From Nitrososphaerales archaeon (GTDB taxonomy: Archaea > Thermoproteota > Nitrososphaeria > Nitrososphaerales > JACAEJ01): a stretch of 64,000 bases of DNA. The stretch covers positions 2,988 through 66,987 of the forward strand of contig JAVZMU010000001.1 of NCBI GenBank assembly GCA_038883135.1, in the 5' to 3' direction. The notes under the pieces are model-generated. The model saw only the letters and a list, made by a program, of their open reading frames with translations, had not been told where the DNA came from and did not search any database. Shown here piece by piece: positions 39,316-47,277 of this stretch. Numbering within the stretch: position 1 is the first letter of the stretch; every line of letters begins with the position of its first letter. Made by a program: the position numbers and the translations under genes.

Positions 39316-39749
39316 CCAAGCCTCACCTTTTTAACCGGCTTTTCACCTATTTTGAAAACAATTCTATGCGTATATCTTCCTTCCTCAACTTTAAGAGCTT
39401 CATCAAGAGATTTGTGAACAGAAATCAACTTTCCATTAGCTATCACTACATACATGTCTTGATATTTTTCTAATTCATTAATCATCGATTCGAAAGCTTG
39501 ATTATTAGATTCCTCTTCATCTATTAATTCATAATCATATCTAAGCCAGAGTTTAATAGCTGCTTCTAGAGCTTTAGAAAAAGCTCCCTTAGAGTAGCCA
39601 TACTTCTCCATGGCTTTCCTTCTAAACATTTCTTCTAGTTCTTTAGGAAGAGAACCTTTTATCATCTCTTCAATCTTAGGACATATGTACTTAAATACTT
39701 TTGTCTTAAATTTGGATGGTTTCGTCGACGAGATTAGTAATACGTTCAT
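39282..39749 (-). CDS. RHH DNA-binding domain fused to a conserved C-terminal domain (cassette A, upstream gene)
   Basis: SLPKELEEMFRRKAMEKYGYSKGAFSKALEAAIKLWL fits the RHH pattern. The C-terminal FESMINELEKYQDMYVVIANGKLISVHKSLDEALKV....IVFKIGE is shared with ORF 41147..41680. The start may be Met29 at 39665. Confidence 0.6.
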   Translation of the reverse strand: MNVLLISSTKPSKFKTKVFKYICPKIEEMIKGSLPKELEEMFRRKAMEKYGYSKGAFSKALEAAIKLWLRYDYELIDEEESNNQAFESMINELEKYQDMYVVIANGKLISVHKSLDEALKVEEGRYTHRIVFKIGEKPVKKVRLGWRVAKPVGHT

Positions 39750-39780
39750 AAGCTTGTTTAATATTAATTAGGTTCAATGA

Positions 39781-40722
39781 TTAATGTAAGATCGATCTTA
39801 TTGTTAGCCTTACTGCTTGCTCACTATTATATTTAGGCTTCCATCCTTTAGATTTAAGCTTACTAATATCAAGGAGCATATTCTTTACATCTCCTATCCA
39901 TCCTCTTCCATTTATTCCTCCAGTGAAATTAAATTTCACATTACTCAAACCTATCTCTTCACAAACTATCTCAGCGATTCTACTCACTTGTATCTGATCC
40001 TCAGAACCAATATTAAAGACTTCTACCCTTTGCTTAGCTGAATCAAAAGCCTTTAAGATAGCATCTATACAATCATCTATGTATAGATATGATTTATTCT
40101 GCTTTCCATCACCTAAGATTTCTAACTCTCTTGGATTCTTTTTGAGCTTATTTATAAAGTCGATTATCACACCATGCTTACTTCTTGGTCCTATGATATT
40201 AGCAAATCTTAGTATTATCGCTCTTTTATTATACATATGAGCATAAGAAGTGATCAATGCTTCACTTGCAAGTTTTGATGCACCGTAAATGGATATGGGT
40301 TCTAATGGTGAATAATCTTCAGGTGTAGGTATTACTTTTGCATCACCATAAACAGTAGATGTAGATGCAAACACAATAGTATGAGCATTACTCTTCTTAA
40401 ACTCTTCTAGCAAGATATAAGTAGCATATATATTCTGCTGAAAGCAAGTCTTAGGATCATTTAATTCTAATCTAACCTCTGGATTTGCTGCAAAGTGAAA
40501 GATTGTATCTACATCTTTCATAACATTTTTAACATCATTAATATTCGTGCAATCTCCTATGAATAGCTTAACTTCTTTTTTCTTATTAAGAAGATGGCTA
40601 ATGTTATGCTTTGAGCCTGAGGATAAATTATCAAGGATGATTAAATCATAGCCTATTTTAGATAAAGCTTCAGAGAGATGAGAACCTATAAAGCCAGCAC
40701 CACCAGTAACAAGAATTCTCAA
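39781..40722 (-). CDS. NAD-dependent sugar epimerase/dehydratase (UDP-glucose 4-epimerase-like)
   Basis: VTGGAGFIGSHL Rossmann motif, YGASKLASE (YxxxK), 313 aa. Confidence 0.85.
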   Translation of the reverse strand: MRILVTGGAGFIGSHLSEALSKIGYDLIILDNLSSGSKHNISHLLNKKKEVKLFIGDCTNINDVKNVMKDVDTIFHFAANPEVRLELNDPKTCFQQNIYATYILLEEFKKSNAHTIVFASTSTVYGDAKVIPTPEDYSPLEPISIYGASKLASEALITSYAHMYNKRAIILRFANIIGPRSKHGVIIDFINKLKKNPRELEILGDGKQNKSYLYIDDCIDAILKAFDSAKQRVEVFNIGSEDQIQVSRIAEIVCEEIGLSNVKFNFTGGINGRGWIGDVKNMLLDISKLKSKGWKPKYNSEQAVRLTIRSILH

Positions 40723-40770
40723 TTAGCTTAACCTATTAAGCTTCGATCTTAAGTGTGAGAACAAACATGG

Positions 40771-41163
40771 TTAGTATCCTGCCAGCTTAATGGATGCAAC
40801 CTTTTCAGGCCCATTCAACTCAACTACAAGCTTGTTCAAAAGATCTCTTCCGAGTATACCTTCCTCCTTTATCATTGCTACAGCTGTAGCAATAGAGAAT
40901 TTTTCATCTCCTATCTCAATCTCTAATAAGAAGATAGGAGCCAATCCTACATAATCTGGGCTTTTGATAAATACAACACTAACAGGAGGTTTACTAATTA
41001 AGCTCGATTCATCAGCCTTCTCCTTGCTTATAACTGTGATATCAGCTCCAGAGTCTATGAGTGCAGATATCTTTATTCTCTTGGGACTATTGATAGTTAC
41101 ATCTACTATTGGAGCTGGTGGATCGTACTTCTCACTATACATCCATCTACCTAGTTGCTTCAT
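40771..41163 (-). CDS. Retropepsin-like (clan AA) aspartic protease, cassette B, downstream gene
   Basis: 130 aa. ALIDSGADITVIS carries D-S-G, and EGILGRDLLNKLVVELNG follows later. It overlaps the upstream partner by 17 nt. Confidence 0.7.
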   Translation of the reverse strand: MKQLGRWMYSEKYDPPAPIVDVTINSPKRIKISALIDSGADITVISKEKADESSLISKPPVSVVFIKSPDYVGLAPIFLLEIEIGDEKFSIATAVAMIKEEGILGRDLLNKLVVELNGPEKVASIKLAGY

Positions 41164-41680
41164 GCCCTTTGACCTTTGGTGATCTTATTATATATGGTGT
41201 GAGTTCCTCTCCAACCTTCACTACATATATAGGTCTTAAACCACACTTTTCTTGAGCCTTTATCACTGCATCGTAGAAAGAATCTGATACTACTGATAAT
41301 TTACCCTCACAGATTGCAATATAACGACCTTCATAATTCTCTAAGAGCTTATCCCTCATACTCCAATAAGCTTCCCACTCTTGAATGAAGCCCTCATACC
41401 ATTCGCCCATAAGGTTCTTCAAGTTACCTGTGAGAGTTCTATCTATTATCATAAGCTTCGTAGCCAATTCTAATCCTTGATAAGTAAGACTGTATTCCAC
41501 TCTTCTATCTGGAAGAACCTTTCTCAAGATTAAGCCTGACTTAATGAACTCATCAAGCCTTCTCTGTAGCGTATGGACATTGATAAGCTTTGCTAATTCG
41601 CTAAAGGTCTTTGGTCCCTCTCGAAGAGCCCTTAGGATCTCTAAGCCTCCAGCTTTACGAGTTAATTCAGCTATTTCCAT
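41147..41680 (-). CDS. Winged-HTH domain fused to the same conserved C-terminal domain (cassette B, upstream gene)
   Basis: The N-terminus LEILRALREGPKTFSELAKLINVHTLQRRLDEFIKSGLILRKV is an ArsR/MarR-like wHTH. The C-terminus YWSMRDKLLENYEGRYIAICEGKLSVVSDSFYDAVIKA....IYVVKVGE aligns with ORF 39282..39749. Confidence 0.6.
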   Translation of the reverse strand: MEIAELTRKAGGLEILRALREGPKTFSELAKLINVHTLQRRLDEFIKSGLILRKVLPDRRVEYSLTYQGLELATKLMIIDRTLTGNLKNLMGEWYEGFIQEWEAYWSMRDKLLENYEGRYIAICEGKLSVVSDSFYDAVIKAQEKCGLRPIYVVKVGEELTPYIIRSPKVKGHEATR

Positions 41681-41930
41681 ACTTCCACATTGGAATTGAA
41701 ATTACAATTTGTATTTAAACTTACCATTTGATATCTTTAAAAATTTGGAAACTTAATCATTTGAAGGATTGCTAAGGCTATTTCATTTTGCTTACCTTAA
41801 GATTATCTAGCTTGAATTAATTTCACATAAAGTACAAAGCCATTTATGACTGATATGCTTAACTCTTAAGATCTTACACATCGATTCTTCACATATACTT
41901 TTACTAACAGAAGTGATCTTTTGATTTTAG

Positions 41931-42320
41931 TTAACCTTTCAGTTTTGAAGTCTTAATATAAGTTCCTGCTTTATTTACTAAGCTCTCATCCTCAGTTACC
42001 AGCTGTAGATTCCTTTCTTTAGCATAAAATATGTAAGATGCATCATAAAACGTAGACTTCAGCTTTTCAGCTGTATCAAGTATTTCTTCTTCATGACAAT
42101 CTATTCCTAATACTTCTACTATGTTGAGTACTTCCTTGATTAATCTAATAAGTCTCTTCAATTCGTCTTTATTGATCTTTTTATGCAAAAAATATTCTTT
42201 CCATAATATATTCCCCAATTCATACCTTGCCAAATCCAAAGTGTAGTTCCTAACCAAGACCTCTACGACGTTCTCTTTTATAGCCCTAAATATTGCTGAG
42301 GAGTCAAAGATGTAACTCAT
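41931..42320 (-). CDS. vapC: PIN-domain toxin (VapC)
   Basis: 129 aa with IFDSSAIF near the N-terminus, later acidic residues (YELGN, TFYDASY, VTED), and a 4-nt overlap with the upstream antitoxin. Confidence 0.75.
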   Translation of the reverse strand: MSYIFDSSAIFRAIKENVVEVLVRNYTLDLARYELGNILWKEYFLHKKINKDELKRLIRLIKEVLNIVEVLGIDCHEEEILDTAEKLKSTFYDASYIFYAKERNLQLVTEDESLVNKAGTYIKTSKLKG

Positions 42321-42547
42321 CTTTGCTCTCTGTCCTCTCTGATAGACTTTACAACCTCTTCTATGGAAATCTTATCGAGTAAAGGTTTCAGTACCTCTAT
42401 CTCTCCTTTAATTCTCTCAACCTCTCTACTTTTAACTTCTTCCTCTATAGCTTTTCTAATTAGATTAGATGGCTTTATGCCAAGCTTTTTAAGCTTCTCT
42501 TTGAGTTCTAGAGGGACTTTTACAGATATAGTCACATACTTACCCAA
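42317..42547 (-). CDS. vapB: VapB-type antitoxin (RHH/CopG-like)
   Basis: 76 aa. VTISVKVPLELKEKLKKLGIKPSNLIRKAIEEEV fits the RHH pattern. Confidence 0.7.
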   Translation of the reverse strand: MGKYVTISVKVPLELKEKLKKLGIKPSNLIRKAIEEEVKSREVERIKGEIEVLKPLLDKISIEEVVKSIREDREQR

Positions 42548-42691
42548 TATAACTACCTAGCCATACTAACAAATTAGTAGGAAATAAAGTTTACCCTGAA
42601 GTAAGAATTGATTAATCAAGATGAAGAAGGTTTCAATCTTATTGTGTAATTAATAATCTTACGTCGAGGAGCAATATTTCCTTAATCATGC

Positions 42692-42958
42692 TCACAAGTT
42701 TTTGGATCCAAAGATTAGTGTGCTTAGGATAGACCTAGCCTCTACTAGTCTTCTAATTCCTGAGAAATCTCTTTCAGGCTTTAATTTTGATGTATCTATA
42801 CCTAAGCGTTTAACATCCCCTCACATGATTATTGTGTTTGATGTACCTGTATCTACTAGGAGAGGTACTGCGTTCTTCTCCTTTATTCCCTCCAGCTCCT
42901 TAACTGCTGAATAGTAAAATTTGTAAGAATCCTTAATGAGTTCTTCTTCACTTCTCAT
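42692..42958 (-). pseudogene. Third retropepsin-like protease gene, interrupted by an in-frame TGA and C-terminally truncated
   Basis: The minus-strand translation is MRSEEELIKDSYKFYYSAVKELEGIKEKNAVPLLVDTGTSNTIIM*GDVKRLGIDTSKLKPERDFSGIRRLVEARSILSTLIFGSKNL*. The DTG motif is present. The internal TGA is at 42821-42823. The distal ILGxD motif is missing. The 3' end runs into a fragment resembling the PIN gene at 44676..45098. Confidence 0.65.
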
Positions 42959-43076
42959 GACAAATCAATTCTTTTTGTTTATAAGCAATTAAACTGTATA
43001 AAGGTTTCGTAGCGCGATGCGTATTAATAAAAGCTATTATCCCAACTGCTATCCAAGTATACCATTTAGTAGAAGA

Positions 43077-44675
43077 TCACTTTAGGAGACATCTTAGATT
43101 TAGAATCTTTCCTTCATATATTAACCCCAATTTTACGATAGGCCATACAATCTTTATTCTTTTGAATATTAGTTTAAAGTTCTCTAAATCTGATTCTTGA
43201 ATAGCACCTATTAATGGTATCAATGTGATATATATGATGAGGAATAATAAGCTACAAAAAATTAAATTAAAGAAGCTATTAAGAGAAGAGAATTTAAGAA
43301 AAACAATTATCGGTATTGCTGATAATATTGATGCTAAGTATATTCTTAATGATGCTTTAATATCAAAGTTAACATTTATTCTCTTAATAGCTATTAATAT
43401 AGCATAAGATAATGAAATAAGAGCTGAAGTTAAAAATGTAAATATCAATCCTGTAACATGATAAAACATTGTAAGCAAAGGTGCTAATAGAAGAAAGATT
43501 GATATATTTATCAAATTCCATTTGAAGATAATTCTAGTCTCTCCTATACCACTAAACAAATAAGTAATAACTATAGAACCAAAACCAGTATATAGGAATT
43601 GTAATATGTAAAGAGAGAGAAATAATGGAGCTAAATCATAACTATATCCATAAAGAGTGTATACAATATCTTTAGATAGAATTGCTATAATAACTGTAGC
43701 TGGAATTATTAATAAGGCAACATATTTTACTGATAATTTGAAGACTTTCTTTATTTCATCACTATTAGGATTTACTTTAGAGAAAGCTGGAAATAATACC
43801 ATTAAAGGAAATATCAAGACGTTTATCAATGATGATAGATTTGTAGCTATGCTAAAGTTACCAATTTCAATGTTTGATGTAAAGAAAGCTAATATGATAG
43901 TTTGATATTGACTTAAGAATAAACCTAATAAAGCTGATAGGTATAATGGAAATCCATAGCTTAACATAATTTTAATGTTGCTTATGAAGCTATTTTTAGA
44001 AGGTTTTCCTAATCTTTTATAATACTTAAAGAGGATAATGCTTCCTACAAAAGTAGCTATCGTATAGCCCAATATATGACCAGTTAATGCTCCTATAACA
44101 TTAAAGCCTGCTATTATCAGTAAAGATGATAAAGTAATTTTAATTATAGCTTGAGTATTCATTATCAAAGCACTACCTTCCATTCTATCTAAGCCAATAA
44201 ATGATGAGTTTAAAGTAGTAAAGATAGTTTGAAATAAGATTAGAAATGATGATATCTTTACTATAAAACTCATATCAGTTCTATTCAATATATAAGTTGC
44301 GAATATATCTGAGAATATAAAGCATATTATTGATATAATAATGCATAATATAAGCTTAAAGATTAATCCTGATTTTAGTATACTTGCTACAAGATTACTT
44401 TTACCTTCTACTCTAAATTTTACTGAATACATAATTAAAGCATTACTCATACCAAAGTCTATGAATCCTGAAAGAATAGATGGTATTACTAAAGAGAGAG
44501 AATATAAGCCATAGTTCTCAGGTCCTAAAAGCCTTGCAACTATTATAGAACCTATAGCTAATATGATAAGAGATAGTGTATTACCAGTAAAGAGGAAGAA
44601 TCCTCCTCTTGCAGAATCTTCAGCTATATCTATGAGCTTATTAGACGTATGCTCCCTCTTATCATGGAGAGAATT
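43077..44675 (-). CDS. MOP-superfamily (Wzx-like) polysaccharide flippase; 5' end damaged
   Basis: The track ORF 43077..44450 starts at an internal Met. The same frame is open up to the VapC stop codon at 44676-44678. That extension encodes ..NKLIDIAEDSARGGFFLFTGNTLSLIILAIGSIIVARLLGPENYGLYSL.., a typical flippase TM1 region, but has no in-frame ATG, GTG or TTG. An ATG at 44663-44665 is in an adjacent reading frame (a single-nt indel would join it). Confidence 0.6.
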   Translation of the reverse strand, partial: NSLHDKREHTSNKLIDIAEDSARGGFFLFTGNTLSLIILAIGSIIVARLLGPENYGLYSLSLVIPSILSGFIDFGMSNALIMYSVKFRVEGKSNLVASILKSGLIFKLILCIIISIICFIFSDIFATYILNRTDMSFIVKISSFLILFQTIFTTLNSSFIGLDRMEGSALIMNTQAIIKITLSSLLIIAGFNVIGALTGHILGYTIATFVGSIILFKYYKRLGKPSKNSFISNIKIMLSYGFPLYLSALLGLFLSQYQTIILAFFTSNIEIGNFSIATNLSSLINVLIFPLMVLFPAFSKVNPNSDEIKKVFKLSVKYVALLIIPATVIIAILSKDIVYTLYGYSYDLAPLFLSLYILQFLYTGFGSIVITYLFSGIGETRIIFKWNLINISIFLLLAPLLTMFYHVTGLIFTFLTSALISLSYAILIAIKRINVNFDIKASLRIYLASILSAIPIIVFLKFSSLNSFFNLIFCSLLFLIIYITLIPLIGAIQESDLENFKLIFKRIKIVWPIVKLGLIYEGKILNLRCLLK

Positions 44676-45098
44676 TTAAAACGTTACCTCAGATGCATAA
44701 ATTACCTTAGCTATAGTCTTCCCTTTCTCATACAATTCCCTGTCAGCTGTGACAAGTGGTGCTTCTTCAAAAGCTAGAACCAAATAGGAAGCATCATATA
44801 AGGTAATATCGAGCTTAATAGCTATGTCAATAGCCTTGTTAAATTCAATCTCTTTAATGTTAAGTGTAGGTATAGAGTTAATGTAGTTAAACTTTCTTAT
44901 TGCATCCTCTTTAGTAATGAAGTTTTTACGTACCAGTATTACCAAAGCATTACCTATTTCATATAGGATGAGTGAAGGCACGTATATTCCCTTAAGCATG
45001 CTCACAAGTTTTATGGCTATGTCTGTATATTTCTCCTTAACAATTGTTTGAATTAGTATGGATGCATCTAAGACGGCTTTAGAAAACTCATTTAACAA
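44676..45098 (-). CDS. vapC: PIN-domain toxin (VapC)
   Basis: 140 aa with VLDASILIQ, LYEIGNAL, LYDASYL and VTADRE acidic motifs. It overlaps the upstream antitoxin by 11 nt. Confidence 0.8.
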   Translation of the reverse strand: MLNEFSKAVLDASILIQTIVKEKYTDIAIKLVSMLKGIYVPSLILYEIGNALVILVRKNFITKEDAIRKFNYINSIPTLNIKEIEFNKAIDIAIKLDITLYDASYLVLAFEEAPLVTADRELYEKGKTIAKVIYASEVTF

Positions 45099-45354
45099 CT
45101 TTATGGCCTTCTCTCATATCACGGATTATCCTTACGATAGTTCCTTCAGGTAGCTCAGGAGCTTTTTTAACTTCATCTTTAAGGTTTTTAATTACACTCT
45201 GAAGCTCTATCCTCTTGATCTCATCCTCAAGAGCCCTTCTTACCAAAGCACTAATGTTTATCCCTAATTCATCAGCTTTCCTTTTCAGCTCCTCACTTAC
45301 CTTTGCAGAAACGGTTATAAGTTTACTCATAAGTATCCTTATTAGTATTACCAA
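45088..45354 (-). CDS. vapB: VapB-type antitoxin (RHH)
   Basis: LITVSAKVSEELKRKADELGINISALVRRALEDEI fits the RHH pattern. It is a paralog of 42317..42547. Confidence 0.7.
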   Translation of the reverse strand: MVILIRILMSKLITVSAKVSEELKRKADELGINISALVRRALEDEIKRIELQSVIKNLKDEVKKAPELPEGTIVRIIRDMREGHKVVK

Positions 45355-45414
45355 AAATAACTATATAAGTATTACAAAATCAATGGATTTATGCATATCT
45401 AAATTATGCATAGT

Positions 45415-45801
45415 TTACCATAGAGTCTTCACTTCGCCTAGCTTAATTATTTCTTCATTCTTTGTTATGAGGGCTTGTGCTTTAAGGAGCTTAGCTGTCA
45501 ATATTATTATCTTATCGTGTATTTCTTTAGCTTTAGTTTCTTCAAAGAGGTTTAGGATTTGATCATTGAATGGATAATAATTTAAGGTGGTACTTCTTTT
45601 TATCTCTGCTTTTAACTTACTCCATTGCTTTATCCATCCTTTCCTTTCAAAGAGGTAGTAGAGCTCAGCAGCAGCTATTGTGGGTAGGTAAAGTAATGCA
45701 CGACCTTTTTCAACATCTTTAAAGGCTTTATCAGCCTTTAATGGAAGCTTATCGAGCAAATAATAGAGAAAGGCTACGGCATCGGATACGTAGGTAATCA
45801 A
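45415..45801 (-). CDS. vapC: PIN-domain protein (VapC-like), possibly degenerate
   Basis: 128 aa with a TTG start. YVSDAVAF, AAELYY and HDKIIILTA are present, but the fourth acidic position reads ITKNEE (Asn). Confidence 0.6.
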   Translation of the reverse strand: MITYVSDAVAFLYYLLDKLPLKADKAFKDVEKGRALLYLPTIAAAELYYLFERKGWIKQWSKLKAEIKRSTTLNYYPFNDQILNLFEETKAKEIHDKIIILTAKLLKAQALITKNEEIIKLGEVKTLW

Positions 45802-45827
45802 TTTTCAACTACCTTATTATGGCTTTA

Positions 45828-46116
45828 CTACTCAATGGTCCTGACAAAGCTTCTCTTTGCCTTGCTCAATATAGCCTCACATTCAGCTATATCTACATCA
45901 AGCCTTTTGATGAGACCTCTAAGCCTTCCGACTCTTTTAGATGGATTCTTTATGAGTATACCTTCTTCAGTTGGTACTAAAAGGAGCTCATCACCTTTGT
46001 TTAGGTTTAAAGCTTATGTCTAGGCATTTTTCAACAGCTTAAACTTTAATAAAGAACCAAAAATCCTTCGGAAGAATCATACGGTCCTGTTTATCTATCT
46101 TAATGATTGATTCCAT
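45828..46116 (-). pseudogene. AbrB/SpoVT-type antitoxin gene disrupted by at least two frameshifts
   Basis: The minus-strand translation gives MESIIKIDKQDRMILPKDFW.. then a stop. Other frames give ..LDISFKPKQ and then GDELLLVPTEEGILIKNPSKRVGRLRGLIKRLDVDIAECEAILSKAKRSFVRTIE*. This is the AbrB swapped-hairpin pattern (IKIDKQGRIxIPK ... GDEL.V....G.I.I.P). Confidence 0.6.
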
Positions 46117-46333
46117 ATTTTCCACTAATAAACGTTCGCATCTTCCCCGAGTAATGTTGGAGGAAAATATTTTGACTTTACGCTTTGAAAAACATGAAGA
46201 TGGTTTCTCATGAAACTTAGCTCGTCCGTTTACCTATGCTTTACTAAGCTAAGCTTCAGGTCCATATTCATGGCTTCAGATAGGGCTTAGCTAAGCAAAA
46301 AGACGTATAGATGGCTGTCCTTAATAACAAGCT

Positions 46334-46636
46334 TTACTCCTTAGAAAGGGCTTTAAACCTTAACTTTGGCGGAGCTTTATTGAGCGGCATAACATCCACA
46401 GGCACACCTATGGAATCTTCAAGCGCACTGACTATTTCAATCACCCTCTTGAAATCAGGCTCAACGTTCATGAAAATACCCACATCTAAGTCTCGAACAT
46501 GGTTCCTCGTTAAAGCTGAGCCGAAGAGCACAGCTATTTTAACATCCGACATACTGGTAAGAACCGCTCTAAGCCTTTCGGATACGGTTTCAACCGAAAT
46601 CTTATGATAATTAACCCTCAACCCGAAAAGCAACAA
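46334..46636 (-). CDS. Minimal nucleotidyltransferase (MNT/MntA-like)
   Basis: The AVLFGSALTRNHVRDLDVGIF motif matches GSx10-ishDxD of the pol-beta NTase fold. 100 aa. Confidence 0.75.
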   Translation of the reverse strand: MLLFGLRVNYHKISVETVSERLRAVLTSMSDVKIAVLFGSALTRNHVRDLDVGIFMNVEPDFKRVIEIVSALEDSIGVPVDVMPLNKAPPKLRFKALSKE

Positions 46637-46700
46637 ATTACCAATGAAGGAACATTTATTTAAGTTTCAACCGAAATCTTATGATAATTAACCCTCAACC
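46587..46700. repeat. Perfect 37-bp direct repeat (two copies, 77 bp apart start to start) at the HEPN/MNT junction
   Basis: GTTTCAACCGAAATCTTATGATAATTAACCCTCAACC occurs at 46587-46623, inside the MNT 5' coding end. It occurs again at 46664-46700, covering the HEPN stop codon. Confidence 0.85.
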
Positions 46701-46984
46701 TTGAAGATCCCTCTTATTCTTTCTATAAGTTCTTCGACACACTTAAAGTTAGCCTTCAACGCTTCATAGACCTTCTCATCTCCAATTGTCCAGTAGCGAT
46801 GAATTAGAAGATTTCGCAGACTAATCAGAGACTTAAGTTCCTTTATAAAAGGCATGTTAAGTCTTTCAGCAATAAATCTGACAGCTTCCCTATATGATGT
46901 TAGAGTTTTGCCATACGCCTCAGTAGCGACATGTATGCACAAAGAAACAATAGATTCCACAAGGACCACTATATTATACCGCAT
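46688..46984 (-). CDS. HEPN-domain protein (DUF86/HepT-like), N-terminally short
   Basis: SLRNLLIHRYW matches the RxxxxH HEPN motif of the DUF86 family. At 98 aa it lacks the usual N-terminal helix. Confidence 0.65.
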   Translation of the reverse strand: MRYNIVVLVESIVSLCIHVATEAYGKTLTSYREAVRFIAERLNMPFIKELKSLISLRNLLIHRYWTIGDEKVYEALKANFKCVEELIERIRGIFKVEG

Positions 46985-47277
46985 GGAATAATCGTAAAAT
47001 AAATCTCAGAGATTCTACTCCTCAAAACATCAATGTCTACAGGCATTTTAAAGCCTCAAATCTTCTAACTATCATCTGTTATAATCTTTACATCGTTCGC
47101 TTTTATACCTATTTCTAGCAATTTACTCAAGGTTTTTCTTCACCCTTTTTCACGCTTATCTTAGGCTTATAGCCTTTTCTATTGACGCCCTTATAGAGCA
47201 GCAGTAGTTACGCACACCTGTGGCGCCAGTCAATAGCATTAGTTCTTCGTCATTTTCCTTTATAAGAAGGAGTTTCT

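Noticed and set aside
42821-42823. In-frame TGA in the third retropepsin gene as selenocysteine or programmed read-through
   Set aside because: The gene is also 3'-truncated and fused to a PIN fragment. The position is not a conserved Cys in the two intact paralogs. No SECIS-like hairpin was evident. A pseudogene is the simpler reading.
42702-42914. 70-aa plus-strand ORF
   Set aside because: It lies antisense to the retropepsin-like pseudogene, whose minus-strand translation carries a clear DTG protease motif.
45215-46607. Plus-strand ORFs 45215..45562, 45835..46023 and 46311..46607
   Set aside because: They are antisense to VapB/PIN, the AbrB pseudogene and the MNT gene respectively. Their translations are Ser/Leu-rich with no recognisable domains.
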